The notes below the pieces were generated by a model, which was given only the letters and a program-made list of their open reading frames with translations, did not search any database and had not been told where the DNA came from. A DNA stretch of 62,258 bases, filler included, from Hausera hauseri (lineage: Eukaryota): the NCBI GenBank assembly GCA_046269625.1. It is 9 parts of 9 records of this genome, joined end to end, with 100 filler letters (N's around TTAATTAATTAA, not from the genome) between each part and the next. Parts side by side here need not be neighbours in the genome. Positions count along the whole stretch, not along the records: positions 9,295 to 15,950 come from JBJURY010077883.1; positions 16,051 to 23,127 come from JBJURY010039444.1; positions 23,228 to 31,099 come from JBJURY010899316.1; 6 more parts are not named here. The stretch is one strand, 5' to 3'. Positions 13,923 to 25,249 of this stretch are shown here, one piece after another. Numbering within the stretch: the stretch's first letter is position 1; every line of letters begins with the position of its first letter. The position numbers and the translations under genes are program-made.

Positions 13923-14451
13923 TATTTGGGTGTGAAGGTTAACTAGCCAGCTTGATTCACTCTTTCGGTAGTTAATATATGTTGTTGTCAAATTACATAA
14001 CATATCGTCGAGTCTATTACTATTACTGATCCATTTGTCTTCTTCCTTGTCTTATAGTCTTGATCAAGTTACTTCGCGGGGCAGCTTTCTCGCCTCTCTT
14101 CGTGCTAAGCCTATAGCTTTGTTGTTTCGTGCTGTCTATTAGGATTTATTTTGATACTTTTCTCAATTCCTCATTGGTGTTTTCTACTATGATCTTTTCG
14201 ATTATCGCTTCATCGGTTAAGTTACTTTTAGATAGTTTAAAACGTGAACTTTTCATCGTTCTAGGTGCATTAAATATGGCTTTTTCTTTATCATCTAGTG
14301 CGTCACGTCAAAGGCTTGAATAATTTACAATCCGTATCAATTTTTTCATTAGTTCGTTTAATTCTTCATTGTCTGTACTGAAAGTAAGGATCGACAATTG
14401 TCTTAACTCTCTAATCAATTCTTCATTATAGTCAGTTTCTTCTCGTATCTT

Positions 14452-15934
14452 CTAAGTCCTACCGACTGGGCGTTTCTGTCTTGGGACATTGTCTGCCGAT
14501 TCGCTCAGTGGTACTAAATTCTTATTGTATTGTTCCTTGTCCTCATCCGTCTGTAAATACTCTAAATACATTGCAGCATCTCGTACTCCCATAATTTGTC
14601 CTACGAATTGTTCTGTCTTGGCCTTACGTGTGGCCTCTTCTTTAGTTTGTTCATTGGTTACTATTGCCACTATTCGATTTGTTTCGTCGGGAATAATTCC
14701 CACGTCTATTAACTGTTCTATTTCATTTAGTATTCTACCTCTAAAATAAAATCTATAACTAAGCTCACTTGTTCCGCCATTATTTAATAACCATTCTCTT
14801 ACGTCCCTCACATAGGAATATGTAGTTAACTCATTCTTTTTCGTCCATCCACTCGGAAGATATTATTACTTTCATTGCTACTTCCGGTTTAGCCCTCAAG
14901 ATTTTAGCGTATTTCCTTATCAAAAGTTTCGGTATCGTGCTATAAATTGTATTCTCATTAGATAATTTAGTTAAGGTCGGAATAAGTTGTCTTAACTTAC
15001 TTTTAGTAATGTTTACATTAATTAGCTCGATTAACTCTTTTTCAGTTAGAGCTGAATCCAGAAGCATCGCCACATTGAATCTCCTGTTCTGCGGACATGT
15101 TTTTACCTCATTTAGTCGTACTGGAGTCACGGGCTTTTCAATTATCTCATCTAAGTATGCATCCTATTCCGGTTCATTTCCAATATCTGGAAGCCCACAA
15201 TCTATTAAGGCTGTATTCGTTCTTTGAACATTTTCTCGGATTTCTTTCAATCTTGGTCGTATTTATTTCCTCTGCGTAGTTCGGAAACCTATTCCGTTTC
15301 CGCAGGCATACTGAATCATTTTCAATAATGCACCTAATTAATTAGAATTGATGAATCCATTTTGATAGTAATCAGTTAGTTCGATAATTACATTTCTTTG
15401 CCATCTTTGTACGAATTCTCGCTTGTTTTTAATTTCCGATTCGGTAAAAGCATATATGTTTCGGTAGATTTCGAGCTCTTTTACTAATTCATCTAACCTT
15501 ATTGCTCTTTGTTTGGTTTTAATGCAGGTTTCTTCAACTTGTCGCATTTTAGGCATTCGTTGCCTCATCGTCTCATCATTAATTTCTGCCATTTCTACTA
15601 ATAGGAAGGCTAGTTCGTACATCTCATTTATGACTTTTGAATCGGGATCTATTGCATCTAGCAATTTCTTTACAAACTTAGATTCCTGAAAACTAAGAAG
15701 TTGGTCATCTCTTATCTTCGCCAACTCAGTATGGAATTTCTGATCTGATCCGGCCATCCATTCCTTTGGTTTATGCAAGAATTTTACTGCTTCTGTTAGA
15801 GCTACCTTATGCCCTAGACACATATCTAGGGTTTCGATATCCTGGATTGAAATCTCGTCGATAGGTTTATCTGTTAAATGTTGGATTCCTTCTCGTCGGA
15901 TGCTTCTTAACCTTGAGTAAAAATTGCAAGTCAT
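14452..15934 (-). pseudogene. Retroelement accessory region: helical domain, HEAT-like segment and ubiquitin-like domain
   Basis: ORFs 15338-15934, 14831-15130 and 14452-14811. YRFYFRGRILNEIEQLIDVGIIPDETNRI resembles the ubiquitin-fold C-half (L.F.G+.L.D...L.DY.I). It occupies the same position as 40004-40600 in copy 2. Confidence 0.55.
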
Positions 15935-16310
15935 ATTTCGCTTTTCTGTANNNNNNNNNNNNNNNNNNNNNNNNNNNNNNNNNNNNNNNNNNNNTTAATT
16001 AATTAANNNNNNNNNNNNNNNNNNNNNNNNNNNNNNNNNNNNNNNNNNNNAGAAATATTTAGTTTGATTCTTCAAGCGAAATAAACGCATTACCTACTAT
16101 TTGACTGAATAAAAACAATAAACAAAACCCATTACTATTTACACAAATAATTTTGATAGCCTTTGTGAACATGGGTATGTCATGTTCCAGTCAAATATTT
16201 TACCTTTTGAAGATGTATCGCATATCTGAATTGAATTTGGCTCTCAAAAGAGTGGATGAAAACGATGGAGAGTTTTGTGGATCACATGAATTATCATTTG
16301 GTTGCCATGT

Positions 16311-16549
16311 AATTTCGTAAAATTAAAACGCATGTTCTTACAAATTTGACAGTAGTATAAATAAGAAAAATTTTAATTTCGTAAAATTAAAACGCATCTA
16401 CTTACAAATTTGACAGTAGTATAAATAAGAAAAATTTTAATTTCGTAAAATTAAAACGCATCTACTTACAAATTTGTCAGTAGTATAAATAAGAAACATT
16501 TTAATTTCGTAAAATTAAAACGCACCTACTTACAAATTTGTCAGTAGTA
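16311..16549. repeat. 64-bp tandem repeat, ~3.7 copies, just 3' of DDX21
   Basis: Unit AATTTCGTAAAATTAAAACGCATCTACTTACAAATTTGACAGTAGTATAAATAAGAAAAATTTT starts at 16311, 16375, 16439 and 16503. No spacers. Confidence 0.95.
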
Positions 16550-16584
16550 AAAACAAAAGCAATAATCTGCAACATTATATTTTA

Positions 16585-18290
16585 CTAAAACTTCCTGCGC
16601 TTACTATCACCAAACGGCTTATTATGACCAAACGGCCGTTTAAATCCATTTCTGTTATAGTTGTTATTATGATTAGCAGATCTGAAATTATTATTTTCCA
16701 CTTCCTCCAAATCGGGTAATTCTACTAATTTCGTCAATTTAACCCGACAATTACTTTCCCATCCACTGATTAATTGTTGTTCATATTCGGACGGAAGATC
16801 AAACACAATCGACTTTCGGTCTTTGACAAATTGCACTGACTTGATCTGATCGGCTTCATCTGCCTTCAAAACTCGTCTCAAACAAGAAAATACAAATCCC
16901 TTGGCCTTCAATTCTGTATCATTTGTTACCATGAATGCGGTGAATCCTTCCTTTGATGTGAGCACCGATCTTGGTTTCATTTCATCAACATTGCCGGACA
17001 ATTTGGCCAAAGCCAAAGCCAATGCACGTTGTTGTCCAAATGTATCGATTAGTGTTTGTGCACTAATCATAAACAAATCAGAAACAGATTCCGGAATCTT
17101 CAGGAACGTCGAAATTGTGTCCTGAAGTGATGCCTCAACAATCGAATCTGCTGATGGAGCGGAGATTTTCTTAAACGTTATTCCAGTTCGTTTTTCGACA
17201 TTCTTCAAAGCATTTGTATCCTTGAAGTCGTAGAAGCAAATACACGTTCCCGTCCTACCAGCACGACCCGTACGACCAGCTCGATGAATGTAATCCTCCA
17301 CATCATGTGGTGGTTGACACTGAATAACAAGATCAATCTCCGGAATATCCAATCCTCTTGCAGCGACATTTGTCGTAATCAGAACGTTGTATTTACCTTC
17401 CCTAAATTTTTTCAAAACCAACTCCCGTTTTTCTTGAGGAATATCACCGTGCAGCACATGGGCATCATTGCTCATAGTCGAATGAGCTGCTAATTCATCA
17501 GCATCTTTCTTTCGCTCGCAGAACACAATGCATTTCGATTGACTGCTGCTGTATACGCGAATGCAATCAGCAATTGCACCGTTGCGTTCTCTCCATGGAC
17601 ACTGCAATGCCAAATGTTGAACGGCTGTGACCACTTTCACGTCCGTTTTCTCAATTAAATCTATGCGTTCTGCATCATCGGTCAGATATTTACGAACCAT
17701 GTCATTAATCCACTCGGGCAATGTTGCACTAAACAACGACGTCTGTGGATGTCTATCATCAGAATAAAGAGACGAGATAATCTCATCGACAATATCCTTA
17801 AAACCCATATCCAACATTCGATCAACTTCATCTAACACGACAAATTTGATTTTCTGTAAATCTAACTGTCCATGTTCAATTAGATCCTTCATTCTGCCAG
17901 GTGCTCCAACGACGATATCAACACCGGCCTTTAGCGCATCTATTTGTTTAGGATAAGGCACACCGCCATAAATTGAGATCACTTTCAATTGGCTACTAAT
18001 AATGCTTTCGAAATCACCAGCAATTTGGGTTACCAATTCTCTAGTCGGTGCCATAACGAGCACTCGCGGTTTTCTACCCGGTTTCAGTGCTTTCTTAGAT
18101 TTTTCCAATTTGCATGTTATAGGCAATGCAAATGCAAATGTTCTCCGGTACCAGTCCTTGCTCGTGCAATAACATCTCCACCTTCATTAATGTGATTAAA
18201 CGTCACATGTTGGATGGGAAAGTGATCAAATTCCACGTACCAAATTTATCGAGCATCGATTCGCATAAGGGTAAATTTTCCAATTCTCCA
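16585..18290 (-). CDS. DDX21: Nucleolar DEAD-box RNA helicase DDX21/DDX50 family; 513 open codons with a frameshifted 5' end (possible pseudogene)
   Basis: Motifs APTREL, DEVD (typical of DDX21), FSAT, LHGDIPQ, TNVAARGLDIP and HRAGRTGRAG, plus a GUCT-like C-terminus. Upstream FPIQ..GDVIARARTGTG is one base out of frame with TFAFALP (~18135-18160). No introns seen. Confidence 0.93.
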
Positions 18291-18899
18291 ACATCATTGA
18301 TGGCAACTGATATGACCTTCTTTTATTTATTTGACGCCTAGTTTCGTTATTGAATTACCAATTTACGTAGAAACTTACATATCATAGGCGTTTGCTTAGG
18401 TTATTTGGATGCTTTCTATTAAATCATTAGTCTCTAGCAATTTTTCTATAAGAAAGATTTTTTATTCGTTTCATTATTCATTTCATTGGTACATAAGGTG
18501 GTCATATCGTTTTTATAATTATTAAAGTTCACATCGCCATCTCGTTTAATCGTTCTCAACTGTCGATAAGAATCGATTTATACTTACATTAGCAATCACA
18601 TCTTCATAATACACATATTATAAATATCCATACACATATGTTTACAATCATTCATATTTTAATATCTTCCCATATGAAATTCATATGTTAACATGATAAA
18701 CACTAAAATTATATATAATATATACACGTACATAAAATTATTTCTCATACACACCCAGTATACACAACATAAAATTCCGACATTCTTTTGATTTATATAC
18801 ACTATTTATGCATGTTTATACGTGTAGTATTTATACAATATTTTACATATTAACTTCCATTTCTATGATTGAGTGTCCACAGCATTAACCAACTAAACT

Positions 18900-19870
18900 G
18901 TTGGAATCTAATATACAAATACTGACTAAACAATGACGATGTCGATAAGGAACATGTTTCTGTATACTATACACCGAATTTGAATGACTGCGCACGTTTA
19001 GCATTATTTCCACGACAATTGCAAATATCCAGCAGGTGTCGTATTGTGAGTACCGATGAAATGTCCATTAAGATTGTATGCAACTAATTAGATATACAAT
19101 ACGTTATTTCTGTTGAATTTATACGTTGACGATTTACCCATAAATATGTATTGATTGGCGAATTTATCAACTGAAGTCTCCTATAATATCCACACGCACC
19201 GCCACCAGATTTACTCGAATGATCATCGTATTTGTACAACTGCATGACACATATTGACCAATGCTTCACATCCGATTGTTGATGAATTTTCACGCAAGGC
19301 TATCGTTATTAATAAATTTGCTGATAAATAAGCCGAATTAACACTTTGTCCATCTGTTGCCGCATAAAACGAATAAGACGGATTGTACGATCTCCTACTG
19401 CTCTTCAGACAAGCACTGCAGGTGTTGGTGGTATCCGGACAACTGCGATTAACAAATCCACCAGAATTCAGAAATCCTGAACATAATTGACAACGTAACT
19501 GATCTGCAGATGGAGCGTACATCAACGGACTATAGTGACACGATGTATTCTGTATGTTCCCCAGTATGTTCTTTTGTAGGTAAATTGTAAATCCGAAATT
19601 TAATTGAATAACATTGAGAAAATCTAACAAGGGACACTATTTTACTTCTATACACAGTATTATTTCTGGTGTCTCTTTAGCCAATACTGTGATTTTTTCT
19701 GTATTTGGATAAATAGTGAATGTTTGACCGGTAAAAATAGGTGTCGTTGGCTGTGTATTCAGTGGCGTTGAATGAATATTTGAACTGAAACTGGATACAT
19801 TTTGCATTTGATGTGCTCATTTGGTAACCCGGTGGAAGAGATATTATTTTCGACGTTCGACGATTTAACT
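18900..19870 (-). pseudogene. TMEM67: Meckelin (TMEM67/MKS3) N-terminal extracellular region, frameshifted fragment
   Basis: Cys-rich segment followed by SAYLSANL..GCEALVNMC|VMQLY..GACGYY (frameshift at NMC), then ICNC..AQSFKFGV.YTETCSL, which resemble meckelin blocks. Several stops and frameshifts. Confidence 0.75.
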
Positions 19871-19907
19871 TCAAATGTTTCAGATTAGCTCGACGTAACT
19901 TCTTTCG

Positions 19908-20020
19908 AGGCGGAAGGTCGGGGCCCGATTATGGGCCCGACGCGGCGTCAACGGACGCCTAGCCGTGTCCAACCAAATAGGCCAGAGGGTGCCGGTCGCT
20001 GTGGGCACCATATTACCCCC
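19908..20020 (-). mobile_element. PPT plus start of a Gypsy 3' LTR (no gag-pol attached)
   Basis: Minus strand reads GGGGGTAA (20020-20013) then TATGGTGCCCACAGCG... It is about 80% identical by eye to 58228-58340, which is the PPT/3' LTR of the contig-9 Gypsy element. Confidence 0.85.
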
Positions 20021-21969
20021 TCCCCGAATTTTGCAGATGCCTACTCGAACATGGGTAACACATTTAAAGAACTACAGGATCTCCCCAATGCAGTCCAATG
20101 CTACCAACGGGCAATTCAAATTAAGCCAACATTCGCCGACGCTCATTCCAATTTGGCAAGTGTGTACAAGGACACTGGCAACATCAATGAGGCCATTACG
20201 TCGTACACGACTGCACTCAAAATAAAGCCCAATTACCCAGAGGCGTTTTGCAATTTGACCCATTGTCTGCAGATCGTGTGTGATTGGGCAGATTATGATT
20301 TGCGTATGGAGAAATTGGTACGGATAATCCACGAGCAACTGGAGCAAAAGAGATTTCCATCGGTGCATCCTCATCATACTATGTTGTATCCTCTGACACC
20401 TCATCAGAGGAAGGGCATTGCTGAAAGTCATGCCAAACTGTGCTTGGACAAAGTTGCTCCACTCCACAAGCCAAACTACATGTTTGACAGGCATTTTGGT
20501 GGAGAACGTCTGCGAATTGGCTATGTCAGTTCCGATTTTTGTAATCACCCAACAAGCCATCTGATGCAAAGTATTCCCGGAATGCACGATAAATCACGAT
20601 TTGAGATTTTCTGCTACTCACTCACATCAGATGACGGTACATCATTCCGACAGAAAATTCAGATAGAAGCAGAACATTTTGTGGATCTGACAGCAATACC
20701 AAACAACGGCGACGCCGCCGATCGTATCGCCAGTGATAAAGTGCACATTCTCGTCAACATGAACGGGTACACGAAAGGTGCACGTAACGAGATATTTGCA
20801 CTGAAGCCGGCACCAATTCAGGCCATGTGGCTGGGATATCCAGGAACGAGTGGTGCTAGTTACATGGATTACATTATAACGGATAGTGTCACATCTCCAA
20901 TTGAGTATGCCGATCATTATTCAGAAAAATTGGCATACATGTACTACACGTATTTCGTCGGTGATCACAAACAAATGTTCCCTCATCATACTAACAAGGT
21001 TATTCTCAAAGTATTGGGTTACAGTAGCAGATTCAATTTCATCACTGCATGTGGGCCAAATATCGATCAGATATTTCGTCTGGGTTGTGTGCAGGATTAC
21101 ACATCAGACAGTGTTCCTGTTGTGATGTTGGATTCGTTTCATGAGATAAATGACATGGTAACTGTATATCAATGTGTGTGTATGTTTAATTATCACTTGT
21201 AATGCAGATAACAAACAAACGTGAGGTGACAATGATAAACGGCATCACCGTCATCAACGGCATGGCCACCACAGAGACCGTTAAGAAATTCTCTGGAGAG
21301 AAACATCCATCGAACATCATCATTACATCGAGGAAACATTACAATTTACCAGACAATGCAGTCGTGTTCTGCAATTTCAATCAGCTGTATAAAATCGGCC
21401 CAGAAACACTTCGCATGTGGGTGAAAATACTCAAGAATTGTCCGCGATCCGTTCTATGGTTGTTGCGATTTCCCGCTGCCGGCGAGAAAAACGTGTTTAA
21501 AGCATTTTCAGATTTCGGTCTGAAAGATGCGCATTTGCGTGTAATTTTCAGTGACGTTGCACCAAAAGAGGAACACGTGCGACGAGGACAAGTAGCTGAC
21601 ATTTGTCTGGACACTCCTCTGTGTAATGGACACACGACAGGAATGGACGTTTTGTGGTCTGGTTGTCCAATGGTCACGTTGCCCGGCGAGACGTTGGCTA
21701 GTCGAGTGGCTGCCAGTCAGATGAACACTCTCGGTTGTCCAGAAATGATAGCAGAGACAGAGGACGAGTATGTCAGTATCGCAGTAAGATTGGGTACTGA
21801 CCCGAAATTTCTCGAATCCGTCAGGAATAAAGTATGGCGACAAAGGTCGTCGTCACCTCTATTTAATTGTCAGACATATACACGCAGTTTGGAGAGTTTG
21901 TATGTGGAGATGTGGCGGAATTACACGAGTGACAAACACGATCACATCACAAAATTAAATAGGAATTAA
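20021..21969 (+). CDS. OGT: O-GlcNAc transferase, last ~3 TPRs plus the complete catalytic region; one 50-nt intron (21158-21207); 5' part missing
   Basis: Motifs [100 protein letters not shown] and [15 protein letters not shown] intron joins the two ORFs in frame (EINDM|ITNKR). No disabling lesions seen. Confidence 0.96.
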
Positions 21970-22113
21970 TGAATGAGATGTGCGCGCGTGTACATAGGAA
22001 ATATTTGTTTCGATACAGTGGTGCTGATAATTCGTAATTTCCCATTTTTTGAGTATATTTAACATATGAACATATATAAAGAATTATTAATAAATTGTTG
22101 ACAACATTTGTTG

Positions 22114-22358
22114 TTATTGGGTGCGTTTTGTTCGTCTTATTGTCGATTTTCTGTCCACGCGTGCGTTGTTACATTTGCATACAAATAACATTTGGACTGG
22201 TCGTTTGAATTCGCCATTCAGCAAGGTGTAGATGATTGGGTTGATGAAACTGTTGAGATAACCTGAACGGTCTTATTATCGTTTTGTTGATGTCAAATAC
22301 TCACGTACCCAGCCACAGGAACAATTGGAATACACGATTGCTTGTGCTCGTTCTTGTG
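22114..22358 (-). CDS. Class A biogenic-amine GPCR, TM7 and C-tail only (3' fragment), 46-nt intron 22263-22308
   Basis: Spliced reading is LFLWLG|GYLNSFINPIIYTLLNGEFKRPVQMLFVCKC..stop. This contains the WLGY.NS..NP.IY amine-receptor motif and a helix-8 F. Confidence 0.85.
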
Positions 22359-22699
22359 TTGATTCCGATTAGATTTAGAATTGGGTTCAGAATCTGTAAT
22401 ATCAACGGATATTCCATAAGTTTATTTTAACAAATTTTTGATCGTTTTAAAGTTAACTTTTAAAATTGACAGACATGTAGGCTATTTTAACCATATATTT
22501 TTGTGAATATTTTATTAATTTCAACGGAATAGCTGTCATCATCAGAAAGTGGAAAATAACCAGTGGAAAACTTTATTGTCTTTCAAAATCTCATGAAGAG
22601 GGCATCCAAATGAAACCAGTGCTATTATTGATAAATCGCAAAATTTTTATATGCATTGATAAAGCCAATACTAAAGATTCCTAACGAATGTACAAATTC

Positions 22700-23127
22700 A
22701 TTTGAATTTATAAAATTCGTAATGAATACTAAATGCTTTTCTGATGATGTATTAGTGACTTGACGTCACATGTCTTTACTAATGTTTCTATATTTGAAAC
22801 AGTTGATATATGCTGCAATTTATGGGCGAGATCAGCTGATCCTAACACTCTCGGTACTGCTGCTTTTCGAGAATCAATTGTATTCGCTACATCGAACATT
22901 CCTTTTCTTTTTAACGAAACGTGTTGTAGTCAAACTGATGGCATAACTATGGGTTCTCCGATAGTCCTAATACTAGTGTCATTATTGCTCTCACATCTGG
23001 AACAAAAACTTGCTGAAACAGCCAAGGATGTACAGACTGTAAGTTGATGAAACAAAACTTGCTGAAACAGCCAAGGATGTACAGACTGTATGTTGATGAC
23101 ATCTTAATTTTTGATAAACGTGAAAAT
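22700..23127 (+). mobile_element. Penelope-like element reverse transcriptase fragment
   Basis: Motifs FTNV..ETVDI, FLFN....QTDGITMGSP and LYVDDILI. Includes a ~50-bp tandem duplication at 23001-23099. Confidence 0.75.
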
Positions 23128-24240
23128 NNNNNNNNNNNNNNNNNNNNNNNNNNNNNNNNNNNNNNNNNNNNTTAATTAATTAANNNNNNNNNNNNNNNNN
23201 NNNNNNNNNNNNNNNNNNNNNNNNNNNGATAGATCTTACTTTCACTTTTTTTCATTGTAAAAATATTAAACGTTTCACTCTGCGTCCCTGAAATTGTTCC
23301 CACGAGACCTAGTAAAGTTCTTACCTCTATTCCAGAAGATTCGACGTCTGGCCTCCCTACTCTAAAGACGAGAGGAGAAGACACCAGCACGCAATTAGCC
23401 CATGTCATATGCATGTAAATTAAATCCGACGTTTGTACGCCAGGAGCAGGAATCAGTCCTGCTTAAAAATAACAGTACTGTAATCTAATTTTGTCCGGGA
23501 AAAAAGCAGCAGAAATTGAAAACAGTTTAGACGAATGAACAAATGAAGTATGAATTATTTCCTAACAGAACTTGTCTGTCTGTTAGAGAATTATGAAAAA
23601 TAAGATGCAAGCAGAAATACCTGGTCATGGTTTAGTTTATTCTCTTTCTGTCTGTCCTGGTAATAACTCACAGGCGAGTCCCGTGCAGGTTTCTTTGTTT
23701 TATTCAACGTATAGGGACAGATAATGTATGTAATTTATATGATTTGATTTGACTTTTATCCACTGTCTGATGACCTCGATGCAGTTGTACGGTAATGTGC
23801 TTTCTGGTGATTTGTTACCGACCACTATCATTTGTTTTGTTCATGTTTAGGTTGCATTACATTACAGCAGTAATTTCGCAGTAAAATATCGCGGCATGGT
23901 TCTGTAAGGATTGTCATGGCCGGGAGCGGGTACTGAGGATAAGCTCTCAGTTCTCATTAAATACTCACATATGGCCGGCGCAAAATATAGCCAAAACAGC
24001 CAAGTCCAACTCCTGGCCTTCACGCGGCGGAACTGTTTACACTGACATGAACAGGAACGAGGGTCGAGTCTCTGGCGCCTTAAAACCAGATGCTTCGGGT
24101 TGATGAGGCTCGTTGGCCACCATAGGCTGCTCATCTTGGAGATGGAAAACTCTGATTCTAAACCCCTGCTGCCCTAGCAGAAGTACGTAGAGGACCGGAC
24201 GGAAGGCAACGGGAAACCACCGTCTAGTAATTTCCAAGAT

Positions 24241-24782
24241 TTGTCATGGAAATCTGTCAGTATAGCACAAAAAACAGCATTCCAGAAAATGAAAAGCATA
24301 TTGTGTACGACAAATCTGGCATTAACATTGAGAAAGAGAGTCCTGCAGTGTTATATCGAACCCATACTAATGTATGGCTGCGAATCTTGGACACTGAGTA
24401 AAAAATTGGAAAACTCTTTAAAGGCAACAGAGATGTGGTTTCTCAGAAGAATGTTAAAAGTCCCTTGTAGAGCAAAGAAAACAAATGAAGAGGTTTTACA
24501 AGAAGCAGATGCTGAAAGAACACTTATCAGCAGGATCAGAAAGAAACAAGCATCTATGATTGGTGAAGTTTTAAGAAGAGAGGGTCTGGAGAACTTGGTT
24601 ACCACAGACAAAATATCAGGAGGTAGAAGCGGTGGGCAGCAAAGAGTGAAGTGTCTGGATGGTTTGAAGAAATGGCTCGGAAGTAGGTCAACAGCAGAGA
24701 TGATTGGAATCACCAGGAATCGCGAGAGGTGGAGATTCATGACAGCCTGTGCTTTGCAGCACGGAACCTGGTGATGATGATA
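24241..24782 (+). mobile_element. RTE-clade LINE, 3' end (5'-truncated)
   Basis: RVLQCYIEPILMYGCESWTL..LKATEMWFLRRML..TNEEVL..R.RWR is the typical RTE post-RT region. It ends in a (GAT)n tail. Confidence 0.9.
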
Positions 24783-25249
24783 TGTTTTCAGTACTGTTCA
24801 GTGGATGCGTTACATTGTTCTCCAAATGGCTCAGCAGTCAGATCACTTAACTATTTAGGAGCAGGGATATACATGGAATGAGTGATACTTATATCTCATG
24901 CCAGAAATTGTCAACAAGTCTGAGAACTTGTGTCATGACGTGGCATTTCTCTCTGGTGAAATATCAATCAGTCAAGCACTTTTAAGTGATACACTGCCAT
25001 AGCTCAGAAAGGATTTACTTAAAGTTAGTTGCCCCAGAAGGGTTGTACTACAAAAAAATGCCATAGGCATTCCTGCTGTCCTAGTGGAGTCTAGTAGTGC
25101 GGACCGTGGTACTCGGGGCTTTAGTAAAATGCTTGGCCAGATTTGTTTCTCTTTCTAGGACGCACTACAGGGAAATGTTGAAAGATTTGGCCAGGATGTT
25201 GGTTCCTGGTCCTGACTAAAGATTGCGAGGCAAGGGATCGTGGCTGCAC

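Larger units (their letters stand above)
9690..15950 (-). mobile_element. Decayed env-carrying Ty3/Gypsy element, copy 1: accessory region - class III glycoprotein - PR - RT - RNase H (truncated)
   Basis: Coding remnants run continuously on the minus strand from the contig start through the glycoprotein (13922-12023) into protease, RT and RNase H, with no LTR or spacer in between. RNase H similarity stops after ..YSLTELETRAIKE. Confidence 0.85.

Noticed and set aside
16311-16549. 64-bp repeats as a CRISPR array
   Set aside because: Head-to-tail units with no unique spacers, no cas genes, and a eukaryotic context.
19908-20020. Shared GC-rich junction motif as an integron-like att site, structured ncRNA or minicircle/nanochromosome signal
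   Set aside because: Its homolog at 58228-58341 lies right after integrase and a polypurine tract and has TG..CA termini, so it is the U3 start of a Gypsy LTR.
19931-21969. Two separate OGT genes, or an alternative genetic code explaining the many stops in the window
   Set aside because: A 50-nt GT-AG intron joins the OGT ORFs. OGT, VPS8 and DDX21 read cleanly in the standard code, and the broken genes also carry frameshifts.
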